From Octopus sinensis (Eukaryota), in NCBI RefSeq assembly GCF_006345805.1, contig NW_021832372.1, positions 1 through 31,427 of the forward strand: a DNA stretch of 31,427 bases, read 5' to 3'. The translations under genes and the position numbers were made by a program. Each line of letters starts with the position of its first letter. The first letter of the stretch is position 1. This document shows positions 9,031 to 22,004 of the stretch, one piece after another. Under the pieces are notes generated by a model that searched no databases, had not been told where the DNA came from, and was given only the letters and a program-made list of their open reading frames with translations.

Positions 9031-9444
9031 TTCTGGTGGATTTCTCATTTTGTCTAAGAGCCTTTTAGATCTGATGTAATGATTTTCTTTTGCTTTTCCT
9101 GACAAACTGACCTCATTATATAAGACACATCTGATGTCTTCGTGGACAATATTTCCTTAGAATGCTTTCTATGCTTTGATACTAGTGATACATTTTCCAC
9201 CTACAGTCCCTATCTTCTTCCAAACATTGTAGACAAAAGATCTGGCAATTTTTAAAAATTGAGATATTTCTAAATCGCTATGCTGAGCCTTTATAACCAG
9301 TATAACAGCATGCCTCTTCGTTTCTCGAGTAAGCTGAAGGTCTGCCATTATTATTTTACGAAAACAAAGATTATACAGAGTTAGGAAAATGTGCAGCAAT
9401 GAGCCAAAAAAGGTATGTCTTCAAATACCTTATGCACCCTTTGT
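9018..9444 (-). pseudogene. Tc1/mariner-superfamily transposase fossil, 5' end and N-terminal HTH part
   Basis: ATG at 9348 gives MADLQLTRETKRHAVILVIKAQHSDLEISQFLKIARSFVYNVWKK ... IVHEDIR ... SGKAKENHYIRSKRLLDKMRNPPEKDLI, which continues in frame into 7776 once the insert is removed. Confidence 0.85.
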
Positions 9445-9786
9445 GTATGTTTATATGAATAAGATAGAACTTTCTTGGAAAAGGATGTGTGGCATTCTAT
9501 CATATATCAATATAAATATTATAAAAATATATGCACATAAACATACATATATGTATGATCGTTAGTAAAGAGAGACACACAAATAAGAAAGAAGAAAGCA
9601 AAGGACCACTGATGAGGTCACAGAGGTATGACGAAAGAATTCTGGCCGAAATAAGATTAAGATTAATGTAAAAATCAATAAAGCTGAAGCAAATTAACAC
9701 CAAGTATATAGTGCGTGTGTTTTCTTTTTTTTGGCTAAACTATTCCTAAATACAACATTCCTAAATATCTCAATATATATATACTC

Positions 9787-9949
9787 TTTTACTCTTTTAT
9801 TTGTTTGTTTCAGTCATTTGACTTCGGCTATGCTGGAGCACCGCCTTTTGTCAAACAAATCGACTCCAGGATTTATTTTTTGTAATTCTAGTACTTATTC
9901 TGTCGGTCTCTCTCTCCCTCTTTCGTTCTCTCTCTCTTTCCATCTCTCA

Positions 9950-9980
<31 letters not shown>

Positions 9981-10125
9981 ACGGTCTTCCGCACTATTTC
10001 TGTCAACAAAATTTCACTCACCGACAGCCACAATCTCCTTTAGTCTGCTCGAGACTAGAGTAGCAGACATTTACTCAAGTTGTCACACAACGTGACCGAG
10101 TCAGATGCTCACAAACTTACATACA
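9787..10125 (-). mobile_element. Degenerate SINE family B
   Basis: tgtttcagtcatttgacttcggctatgctggagcaccgcc ... aaatcgactccagg ... ctagtacttattctgtcggtctc, with an internal (TA)n. Confidence 0.85.
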
Positions 10126-10463
10126 AACTGACTGCTTTTCAAATCAGTATATTAAATATCCAATTGAAGTTTTGATGCACACTTAACGCAATATCAAAGA
10201 AGAACGAAAGCGCATCCTCATTAGCGTTGTGTAACTGGTAAACACTGCATCCCAGCAATCATAAAATTCACAGTTCGATCCTTGGTAGTGATTCTGTTGT
10301 TCTTTTCAGATCATTAGACTGGTGTTCACGAATGCGTAATTCACATCAAATATTGTCGTATGTATGTTTGTGTTTGTATGAGTAAGTTTGTAAAATCCAA
10401 ATTATTATATCCTACCTCCTATCTTGGGGAAACCATCTAATTGACAACGCTTGTTTCGATAAC

Positions 10464-10496
10464 GTTATTATCATTATTAATTTTATTATTGCTGTT

Positions 10497-10534
<38 letters not shown>

Positions 10535-10737
10535 ATTCATTATCTTATTCATCATCATCTTATTCATCATCATCATAATCATCATCATCGTCATAACCAT
10601 CATCATCATTATTATCGTTATTAGTATTATTATCATTATCTTTATTATTACTATCATTATCATTATCATTATTATTATCATTATTATTATCATCATCATC
10701 ATCATCATCCTCATCATCCTCATCATCATCATCATCA

Positions 10738-10785
<48 letters not shown>

Positions 10786-11003
10786 GCGAAAATGACGGCA
10801 ACAATCGAAGCACCTATGAGACAACAGTATCAACAGCGACAATGAGACTTTTACTTTTTTATTTATTTATTTTTTGTTTATTAATATCATTATTATCATA
10901 ATTTAGTCCGCAACAAAAAGCAACTACAAGAATAATTAACGTACTCATCGTCTCCAATCAAAACAACAACAACGACGACGATGATGACAACAACAACAAC
11001 AAC

Positions 11004-11046
<43 letters not shown>

Positions 11047-11131
11047 GCAATAATAATAATAATAATAATAATAGTAGTAGTAGTAGTAATTATTATTATT
11101 GTTGTTGTTGTTGTTATCACCACCATCATCA

Positions 11132-11181
<50 letters not shown>

Positions 11182-11320
11182 ATTATTATTATTATTATTG
11201 TTGTTGTTATTATTATTATTATTATTATTATTGTTATTATTATTGTTATCATTATTGTTATCATTATTATTACCAGTATCATCTTTATCGTCAACATTAT
11301 CATCATTGTTATCGTCATCA
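10464..11320. repeat. Trinucleotide microsatellite cluster (TCA/TTA, then AAC/AAT/AGT, then ATT/GTT)
   Basis: Direct; short unique spacer at ~10790-10960. Confidence 0.9.
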
Positions 11321-12102
11321 TTCCGAATTAAAGTGACAATGACAAAACAAACAAAAGAAAACAAAAAAAAATGAAGAAGAAGAAGGAAAAAAAAATTCCA
11401 CAAATAATGTTAATAACAGCTTCGCCACGGCAATTAAATAAACGTTACACCAATATTAATTGAATCAAATATACAGCTATTTGTAAATTAGTTTAAAATT
11501 TTTCAGGAATTGATTTTGAAATTCTGAAAGTAACTTTTGTACAAAAATACAAGTGTATTGTTATTTTCTATAAAGCCATCACTTCCGTCCCCAGAGCGCA
11601 TGACAACTCAGGAATAACCGGCAGGCTGTCAGGCTTGTAAATAAATGTGGATTCGATATATTGTCTTGTGTGTTTGTGTGTGTGTGTGGTGTGTGTGTGT
11701 GTGCACTCGTTTGTTTACATTTGTATGCTAGTGAAGTTCTGTGTATGCGATTGTAAATATGTTTTGCGTGAGTTGATGGAGTTGATGCGAATGTGAATGT
11801 GTGTATTCCTACTTATAGAATTCGTATGTCTTTTAAAGAATATGTATGTATGAGTTTTTAGCAATAGCATTGTCTCTCACTGTGTATGCAGGCATCTATG
11901 TATTTATGTATGTATTTTGTAAGTATGTATATATAAATATACGCGTTTATATATCGATGTATGTATAAATTTAAGCGTTTATGTATCTAGGTTTTAAAAT
12001 ATTACCTGTGCATTCAGTGTGTTTATATGTATTTTCCAATTATGTATATATGTATATATGCATGCCTGTATATCTGTTTCTATATGCATATATGTATGCA
12101 TA

Positions 12103-12236
<134 letters not shown>

Positions 12237-12626
12237 CATAATGTATGTCGTATGTATGTGTGTTTGTTTATTCTGTGTGTGTATACATGTATGCTGCCTG
12301 TGTGTGTTTATGTACCATAATGTTCGTCATGGTGATTGTGTTAATATAACTATAAAATTGAAAGCATGGACGAGAAATAAAAACGTTTGCTTTACAATCG
12401 TGCTATCTCGAGATCGATACCACTAAGTAGCATCCTGGCTAAGCATCTTTTACAATGGTCCCGAATAGGCCATTAGTGAATAAAATCACGTAGATTGAGA
12501 CGGCACATAAACTCGTCTATCTGATGGTATTAGTGGTCCAAGTAGTCAGCGTTCCGTTGCCAATGTGTCTGAGAAATGGATACAAACAGACATCCTTTCA
12601 TACTCTCAACAAACACACATGAATGG

Positions 12627-13497
12627 TCTACGTTTAAGACTGGTAAATCAACTGCAGAAGAACAAGTGCCAAATTATCGCATTTATCCTTTTTAAAACAG
12701 AAAGGCAACAGAACAGAACTCGATGAAGCCAGACAAGCAACATTTTTTAATGGCCACAGCTGGAATGCCTTTTATGATAAGGGTGCCAGTGCCGTAGATA
12801 GAGAGCGTGTTGCTCGGGTTACTCCTTGTACTTGCCGCCTCAGCGCCCTCTACAGGCTTATACAACAGGCCCAAACTGCCTCCATAATAATGTCACCCGG
12901 GGTGAACCTCTCACATCACTCCGCTCTAGCTGCGCTACAGAAATGTGTTCCGCTGTATTGATCTGTTACTTAAATTTCAATAATAATAACAACACATACA
13001 CAACAATAGTTGTTATACTCTGCTAGAGTTAATCGCCAAATTTACATGAATGATTATGCACTCTTTGAATGAGACGTTGGATGTCCTGTCTCTTGAGGTT
13101 TCCGGCTTAGGAACCATCAAAATTACTTCAGACTCCCTATGTTTGATCGATCCGTTTTAAATGGTAGCTGAATGTTAAAATACTTACAAATTAGTGTCTT
13201 ATGTATGTTGATATGTGTTAGCCAACCAAGAAGATCATTACATTGTGGGTTGCGACTGCTAGTTATTGCACATATATGTCCCTCAAATTAGTGTTGGTCT
13301 GGGACTAAATTACAATACATACATAAGTGTAATCGTACATCTTGCTTGAACTAACAGACACATGTACCAGAAATCAGACGTTGTTCTTGCTTCTTCGAGT
13401 TCCGTTCCTCTGTAACCTTTCCGTCTTATAAAAAAGACAAATACGATAATTTGGCCCTTGTTCTTCTGTAGCTGATTGACCTGTTTTAAATAGTAGA
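12627..13497. mobile_element. Segment bounded by ~120-bp imperfect inverted repeats (old MITE or inverted repeat pair)
   Basis: Reverse complement of 12642-12684 (aaatgcgataatttggcacttgttcttctgcagttgatttacc) versus 13439-13481 (aaatacgataatttggcccttgttcttctgtagctgattgacc): 38/43 identical, and similarity extends both ways. Confidence 0.55.
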
Positions 13498-13562
13498 TGC
13501 ATCTCAACCAAACTACCGCCTATAAAATTATATATATTTATATGAGCGTTCCCGATACAATC

Positions 13563-13960
13563 GTTTATCTTTTATTTGTTTTTTCATCACTGGACTGCGA
13601 CCATGCTGGGGCACCACCTGGAAGGGTTTACTTCACCCCACTATTTATACTTTTAATAAAGGTATATATTTCTTCGGACTCTTTTGGCGAATTGCTAAGT
13701 TACACGGACGTAAACCAATCAAAACCGGCTGTGAAGCAGTAGGGGTAAGACAAACACAAATACAAAAGCACACACAAACACACAAAGACGCACACGTATT
13801 TTATATAAGGGCTTTCAAGAAAACGACGTTAATCAAATCCACTCACACGGCATTGGTTGGCTTGTAACAATTTCATATGACCAAGATGTCACGCAGTGGA
13901 CTTAATTCAAAACCGGGTGTTTGTAAAGCATGGTGCTTGGCCACACTGCAATGTCTACGC
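13563..13960 (-). mobile_element. Degenerate near-full-length SINE family B
   Basis: gactgcgaccatgctggggcacc ... gctaagttacacggacgtaaac ... aaatccactcac ... gtcacgcagtggact ... ccacactgcaatgtctacgcc. Confidence 0.8.
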
Positions 13961-14151
13961 CAAAATGATAAGTACAAATTGCTAGAAACAGCAGCCATGT
14001 CTCTTTTAAACCACAGTCTATCATCTTCGGAAAGGACGCACTTAATAATGGTTTATGCATCCGCTGAGGAGTGTAAGATTTAAGAAGAAAATGTGGTGCG
14101 TATTTATTGAAAATGTGAGTATGTATATATATATATTATTATATATATTAT

Positions 14152-14182
<31 letters not shown>

Positions 14183-14577
14183 GACTGAAAAACTAAAAGA
14201 ATATATAGATGTGCGTGTGTGTTGTGTGTGTGTGTATGTGTGTGTGTATGCATGCATGTGTGCGTGCGAAAAAGCAGATATGTTTTATCTTTATGCATAC
14301 ATATATACACATATATATGTGTATCAGACAAACAGAAACATACATAGGCACGGGCGTGTGTGTGAGTGAGAGAGAGAGTGTATAATATCTATATATACGG
14401 ATTATGATAAACATATATAAACACAATGAGAGAAACACCCACAACCCTAAAACTTCGCGTACAGGCACACATACATATTTCAACCACATATACTCACGCA
14501 CCCACACATATACATATTCATACATATATGTATGTATGTATATATGAATCTGTCTGTGTGTCTGTCTCTCTCCCCAT

Positions 14578-14578
14578 A

Positions 14579-14675
<97 letters not shown>

Positions 14676-14727
14676 GTCTCTATCTATCAATCTATTTATC
14701 TGTCTCTAACTATCTATCTGTCTCTAA

Positions 14728-14803
<76 letters not shown>

Positions 14804-14805
14804 AT
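14578..14805. repeat. (TATC)n microsatellite
   Basis: Direct. Confidence 0.95.
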
Positions 14806-15189
14806 CTTCTATCTCTTTTTCTAAGCTGAAAAAAGCTACCACTTTATTCCCTAGAGCGGAGACGCAAGAGATTTGTAATAATTAACACGTGGAATCTTCT
14901 GGAAGGTCTAGCACCCAATTTCAGCTAGCCAATGTAGATCCAGATGTCTTGAAAAAAGGAATTAGGCATCCTCTTATACCTAATATCAGATGAACTAACA
15001 TGTTATTATGTATTATGTCAAACTCTCCCATACACCAAATGAGGCAATAACCATTCAAGAAGCAACATTCAAGAGTGATGATACGACATCCGCCACCCAG
15101 ATGAAATCAAGCACATAGGGGGGCTGTGGAGAGGTTACAAAATAACGGTGGTGCTCTAGCATAACTGCACAGAGTGACTGAACCATAAT

Positions 15190-15203
15190 ATGTATATATA
15201 TAT

Positions 15204-15272
<69 letters not shown>
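15190..15272. repeat. (TA)n microsatellite
   Basis: Direct. Confidence 0.95.
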
Positions 15273-15278
<6 letters not shown>

Positions 15279-15399
15279 GACTTTTTTTATGCTAGAAGAA
15301 ACAGCTAAAGTCCAAACCACTAATTTGGGACTGTGTTTGGGTTTGAATCTTTTACGAACCTCTTAAAATTCCATTTTCTTGTTGAATCTATGCACAAAA

Positions 15400-15435
<36 letters not shown>

Positions 15436-15730
15436 CCACAGGTGGGTGTGTGTGCGTATTTATATAAAAAAACAACAGATTGTGGTATTCTGCATTGTTA
15501 GAAGAGTGAAAGCTGCTATTGATCTTTGACATGACTGGGAGTTGAAATTTTGCCTCAACAGATTCTTCAACAAAATCTCAGTGACTTGAAAAGAGCTACA
15601 GAGACGGAATTTGAAGTCCAAGGCCTTGTCGGCTGAAACATAATTAACATGCATATGCATACATACAAATATATAAACATATATATATGCATATATACAC
15701 GCACACATATATACATATAAATATATATGG

Positions 15731-15799
<69 letters not shown>

Positions 15800-17049
15800 A
15801 TGGTGTAAGTTGAGGGTAATCTTTAATTACCTCCAAAACAGGAGAGTAACTGATTTGAACAGAAAGTTCAAAAGGTACTTGTTGAGTGGCATGAAAAGTC
15901 TGAAAGTCCAGCAAATAAGGAATGGTAAAAACAACTTTCTATGCTACCATTGTTTTCCATCCTTTTAGCTTTCATTGTTGTTTCTTTGTGCGAGTTGTTG
16001 TTGATTTTGGCGTTGTTATTTTTTTTCAAATTGCGGTTTTCATCCTTCTTTTTTTTTTTCAAATTTTATTTTTTATAATTTTATTTTATTTTGCATTTAC
16101 TTTTGTAATCGTATTTATTTATTTATTTCTGCATTTGATATATATCAATTTTTTTTTATTTCTTTCTTTATTTTTTTTTTTGAAATCATACAAACCATGA
16201 AAGGTAAATTCAAAAGTCCCAAGTTCGGTCTTTTCCTTCGGCTTTGATGTGTGACAATTGTTCATTTTCCATGATTCAAGCAATCTTTTGGTGGATTCTC
16301 GACGTTGTTGTCATTCGAACTATAGTGACAGACAATGCTTACAGAAAAATAATACAAAGAAAAACAAAAACAACAATAAAAATAACTAATCCAAAAGATA
16401 CAAATGTTAAGAATTCCCCACCTCCAAATAAAAAGTATCATCAACAAGAGAAGATAACTTTGAGAGAGTTGCACCAACTATATTTACATGTACGTTTGTG
16501 TGTGACTCCAAGTTTTTCACCCTCTGCCTGTCACAGTTTTCCTACCAGGCTGTCTTTCAGTCTATCTATCATTCTCTCTCTCTCTCTCTCTCTCTCTCAG
16601 TCTCTCTTTCTCTTCTGTCTAATCTCTTCACACTATCTTTCATTCTCTTCTCCACGCTCTCCTGCCTTTTCGCTTTTGATACGTTTTCTTTCCCATTTTT
16701 TACTTACACATATACACATGCACACATAGATACTTACATATACATGTATATAACTGTATTCTCATACTTATGCTTATATGCATACATATATATATTTATA
16801 TACACACATATTATATATACATCTATTTATATATGTATATATACATATATATGTATATATATATATATGTATATGTATATGTATATATGTGTGTGTGTGT
16901 ATACGTATGTAGGCAGATACACATACAAGGAAAAATAGATACGGATGAAAGCATATACACTTAAGTACACGCGCACACGCTTACAAAATCGTACACATCT
17001 TAGACGAAAAGTTACCAAAATACCTTCATATATATATATGTTCATATAT

Positions 17050-17083
<34 letters not shown>

Positions 17084-17439
17084 ATATATATATATATATA
17101 TGTATGTATGTATGTATATATGCCGAAAAGTCATGTAATGGGTGTATTGACAAAAGCTGAAAAAAAGATGTGATATTTTTACTTTTAACAAAACGAAGAA
17201 AGAAGATACGAATAAAATACATACATATATAGATTGATACTTACATACACACACATGCACATATATACACACATATATACATTTGTAGACATATATACAA
17301 GACCAGGACACCTAAACAAAACAATAGGTATACTACCACTGTTAATACTACTACTGTTGATAAGAAAGATAACAAATATAATAACCACAGCAAGAACATC
17401 AATACCACAATACCAACAAGAGGAGCAACAATGAAATAC

Positions 17440-17530
17440 CATCAATAACAATAACAACAACAACATTGATAATAATAATAATAATGATGATAATAATAAT
17501 AATAATAATAAAATAATAATAATAATAATA

Positions 17531-17565
<35 letters not shown>

Positions 17566-17778
17566 TTAATAATAATAATAATAATAATAATAGTAAGAAG
17601 AAGAAGAAGAAGAAGAAGGAGAGAGAGAAGAAGAAGAAGACGAAGAAGAAGGAGAGAGAGAAGAAGAAGAAGACGAAGAAGAAGGAGAGAGAGAAGAAGA
17701 AGAAGAAGAAGAACAAGAAGAAAAAGAAGAAGAAAAAGAACTAGAATGATAATAATGATATTGATGATGATGATGATG

Positions 17779-17809
<31 letters not shown>

Positions 17810-17880
17810 TAATAATAATAATAATAATATGATGATGATGATGATGATGATGATGATAATAATACTGATAATAAATAATA
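17440..17880. repeat. (AAT)n/(AAG)n/(GAT)n block containing a 33-bp higher-order repeat
   Basis: ggagagagag at 17618, 17651 and 17684 (period 33). Confidence 0.9.
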
Positions 17881-18454
17881 GCAGAAGGATTAACTAACTA
17901 CATATTGTATCCAAGTATGTTGTATTCAGTGAAATAGAATCAGATGCAATTCTTTAGATGGCTATAGATTGTAACCATGCATACAATGCGTTTCTTACTA
18001 CTTGATTACCACTCTTGTACTCTTTCACAGTAGAGAAGGTTTCGATATGGTGACTGCCACTGTAACCAATCAGATTTTATTTTAATTTTTTTTTTCGTAT
18101 TTTCTGCGGTGTTTTCTTTAAAATTTTTTTTTGTAAGGTGTTTTTATCTCTGAGTTTTATTTCTATATATTTATTTATTTATTTATTATTATTATTTTTT
18201 AGCTGTAAGAATTCTTTACTTTCGAAGTCTTTATTTTCTATTTATGTATATTTTTATTATTTGTATTGCGTGCATTTTTTTAAACGATGTTTATTTTATT
18301 TTATTTTTTTATACATTTATATATTTATTTTGGCTGTTATGTGTTTTATTTTATGTTTTCACTTATTTTTTTTTTTTCAAGGGGGTAGTTTGAAGTATTT
18401 TTAAACATATATATATACAATTATGCATGTTTGTATATACGTGTATTATAATCT

Positions 18455-18456
18455 AT

Positions 18457-18499
<43 letters not shown>

Positions 18500-18635
18500 T
18501 ATATGTATGTGTGTCTACATATATGAATATATGTGCTTGTGCGCGCATGTATATATATATATATGTACGCATGTACACACATATGTATGTATATCTATAT
18601 ATATATATATATATTATATATATTATATATATATA

Positions 18636-18681
<46 letters not shown>

Positions 18682-18702
18682 ATACATACATACATATATA
18701 TA

Positions 18703-18748
<46 letters not shown>
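18455..18748. repeat. (TA)n-rich microsatellite block
   Basis: Direct. Confidence 0.95.
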
Positions 18749-18749
<1 letters not shown>

Positions 18750-19180
18750 GATAGGAGTGAGAAAGAGATGGAGGGAGGGAGAGAAGTGGAGAATTTTTTC
18801 TAGTCATCTTTTATCATGTGACACAAGGCCTAAAATTCAATTGTTATTTTCTGTTGTTCTTTTCCTTATTGTTCTTTTTGTTGTCGATATCTTTGTAGTT
18901 ATTGTTGCTGTTGTTGCTGTTGCGGTTATTGTAATTGTTGTTGTTGTTGATTTGGTTGTTGCTGTTCTTGCTATGATCATCTTACCGATGCTGTTGCTGT
19001 TTTTGTAGGCGCCTTTTCTAATTTGCTGCATTTTGCTTTTCTTAATTTGATCTTCTTTGATACAAGCGCAAATATATTCATACACATATACTCACTCATC
19101 GAGATTTATGTACAGAAGTAGGCACGGCAAAACACACCAAAATAGCATTGCTTAAGTCTCAGTAATTATATGTATGCGCA

Positions 19181-19183
<3 letters not shown>

Positions 19184-19266
<83 letters not shown>

Positions 19267-19275
19267 CCTATCTAT

Positions 19276-19310
<35 letters not shown>

Positions 19311-19420
19311 CCCATCTATTTATCTATCAATCTATCAATCTCTCACTCTGTATCTATCTATTTGTATTTGTATCTATCTACTTATCTATCTCTCTATCTA
19401 TCTATCTATCTATCTATCTA

Positions 19421-19451
<31 letters not shown>

Positions 19452-19521
19452 GTACATACATATATTCATGCACCCACATATGTGTGTGCGTGAATACATG
19501 CACATATGCTCATTGATAAAG

Positions 19522-19592
<71 letters not shown>

Positions 19593-19615
19593 CAGAAAGA
19601 TAGATAGATATATAG
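19184..19615. repeat. (TATC)n, (TACA)n, (GATA)n, (GAAA)n compound block
   Basis: Direct. Confidence 0.95.
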
Positions 19616-20405
19616 ATAAATAAACAGAGACAGGGTGAGAGAAAAGCAGATAGAGGGAGAGAGAAAAAGAGAGAGCGAGTGGGGGGAGATAACTAGAAAG
19701 ATAGATAGATAAAGTCAAAGACATATAGACCTCCAGGTTAAGGGTTTAAAAGTTTGTGGGGTTTGCTTGAAGAATACAACACAGAAATATATAAAATAGA
19801 TTTTTAATTCGTCAATGCATGCATACTTAAACACATTCACATATGCGCGCACATTTTCAAAATCTTTGGTGCAATTCATTTTCAAACACTTGACCCACAC
19901 TCACATTCACACAAAAGTTACTCGTTCATATATTTATACATTTTTTCAGAATGTTTCTTTCCATCAATTTTTTCCCCCAGTTCCACTCCTTGAGAAAGGG
20001 GAAGCTTTAGAGAAAGTTCCTGCCCTGCAGTATATCTTGAAAAGGGTTTCATTGCGACAATTATGACCCATGTGCATGGATTTAAACTAGCCATCCCAGA
20101 AACCATACCGCGTAGAGAGTACGTATCTTTGGCAGCGAAAGTTATTTAGGATCTGTAAGGTCACTCGGTTAGTTTCCAGTTAGTTATCTCCCCTTATGGG
20201 CTATTTTGTTTTTCATTTTCTTTCTTTATATGTTTATGCTGTACTTTCTCTGTTTGTCCCTTTATTTTCATGACAATTTCCCCCTACTCGATTGAGGGAA
20301 ACTTTATTATTACTGTTTAATTACACCCTCCAGCTACCATCCCTACGCTAGCGAAGTCATTATTATTAATTTCTTTATTGTGAGAATGTTTTTCGTTAGT
20401 GTTAA

Positions 20406-20422
20406 AGCTGCTGCTGCTGCTG

Positions 20423-20519
<97 letters not shown>

Positions 20520-20523
20520 AACA
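20406..20523. repeat. (GCT)n-(ACT)n microsatellite
   Basis: Direct. Confidence 0.95.
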
Positions 20524-20980
20524 ACTATATTTATAGCAATAACCATGATAATGTTTTGCAGACAATATTACAGATGATTTTGTTTTTAATGATGAAGTAT
20601 TGTAGAGAATCACCCGCATATTTTCGGAATGCCGAGAGCAGAAATTTGATGGCATAGTCTCATTCGGTGCCACAGACTCAGATTTTTGCCACAGACTGAT
20701 GCAACAAGGTTTTCTATAAGATATATCCATCAACTGGCTTAGTTGCCTTCGACACGGCTTAGAGTCCAACATATTTTGATAAACCAAGTGCGCACCTGAG
20801 CACCAGACCTGAAATATTTCATGTCCTCGTGCATATACATGTGTGTGTTGTATGTGTTGTGTGTGTGTGTATGTGCGTGCATGTGTATGTGCGTGCGTGT
20901 GTATGTGCGTGCGTGTGTGCGTGTGTCTGTGTGTATGCATATATTCATCCTTTTTCTTTAATTTGCTAACGTGTTTAATT

Positions 20981-21088
20981 TGCTGGGGCATCGCCACCAA
21001 CTGTTTAGTCGAGCAAACCGACCCCAGCACTTAATCTTTTAAGGCCTTGTACTTATTCTATCAGCATCATTTTCCGAACCGCTAAGTT
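20981..21088 (-). mobile_element. SINE family B fragment
   Basis: tttagtcgagcaaaccgaccccagcactta ... gtacttattctatc ... ccgaaccgctaagtt. Confidence 0.75.
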
Positions 21089-21134
21089 TTGAATACATAC
21101 ATACATGCATGCATGCACATATAGATAGATAGAC

Positions 21135-21207
<73 letters not shown>

Positions 21208-21249
21208 CACACATACATACATACATACATACATATATGCATATATGTA

Positions 21250-21772
21250 TACATTAACTTCCTGCTGAAAGTGAAGAAAACGATATCCCAGTGTGTCCGC
21301 AGTGAGCTACTCAGGAAGCACTCTCTTCCTGATGACCTCCCATACAACCCCGAATCAGCCAGATTAAAATAGCTGAATATGAAATGTTCAATATAGCAAT
21401 AAAAAAAACAACCAAAAAGAAAGAGATCATACATGTGTACGATTCCTGAAGGCTTCAAAGGAAACAGTGATACCGACATGAAGCGAAGCCTCTATTGGAC
21501 TCGTGACCGCTACATGATATACTTCGAAAACTATGAATTTTTATAGATTGTGTCATACTTCTGTGCAAAGCATCACACATGATTAGCAGTTGCTCATAAG
21601 TGTCACCAGGGTATTACCTCTCTTTGCGAAATGACGTTGTCGCTAAAGCAATAGGCAATGTCACTCGCATAAAAGGCTGCCTTGGAATAATTGCAGAGAA
21701 TCCTCCTAATATTGAATACAGGAAGAAACATGAGCACAAGAAATACTGGTGGAACGTTTCCAACAAAACACG
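21250..21772 (+). pseudogene. RLE-type non-LTR retrotransposon (R4/Dong-like) ORF fossil, zinc-knuckle region
   Basis: With stops and frameshifts: DTDMKRSLYWTRDRYM ... YRLCHTSVQSITH/MISSCS*VSPGYYLSLRNDVVAKAI ... KKYWWNVSNKT. This fits the CxxC-H-C knuckle followed by the R(H/N)DxV motif of RLE clades. Confidence 0.75.
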
Positions 21773-21944
21773 AGGCGTAGGAGTGGCTGTGTGGTAAGTA
21801 GCTTGCTTACCAACCACATGGTTCTGGGTTCAGTTCCACTGCGTGTCACCTTGCGCAAGTGTCTTCTACTATAGCCTCGGGCCGACCAAAGCTCTGTTAG
21901 TGGACTTGGTAGACGGAAACTGAAAGAAGCCCGTCGTATATATG

Positions 21945-22004
<60 letters not shown>

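Noticed and set aside
10310-10357. Candidate 48-nt exon (SLDWCSRMRNSHQIL)
   Set aside because: It directly follows a SINE-like head, the donor is at the edge of a GTAT repeat, and there is no homology.
11507-11636. Two candidate micro-exons (11507-11529 and 11576-11636)
   Set aside because: Weak donors, only 46 nt between them, and no recognisable peptide.
15540-16230. Possible further mariner remnants (LGVEILP-like peptide, TIR-like aaaagt motifs)
   Set aside because: Only a few residues match and no diagnostic motif survives.
18031-18049. Candidate 19-nt micro-exon
   Set aside because: Too short to distinguish from chance splice-like sites.
19184-19615. (TATC)n versus (GATA)n as a meaningful inverted repeat
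   Set aside because: GATA/TATC tracts are abundant in both orientations throughout the window, so adjacency is expected by chance.
21329-21335. CTGATGA as another hammerhead core
   Set aside because: No stem II and no downstream GAAA; it lies in the LINE fossil frame.
21250-21372. Host exon suggested by open frames on both strands
   Set aside because: The plus frame is continuous with the downstream RLE retrotransposon fossil, which explains it more simply.
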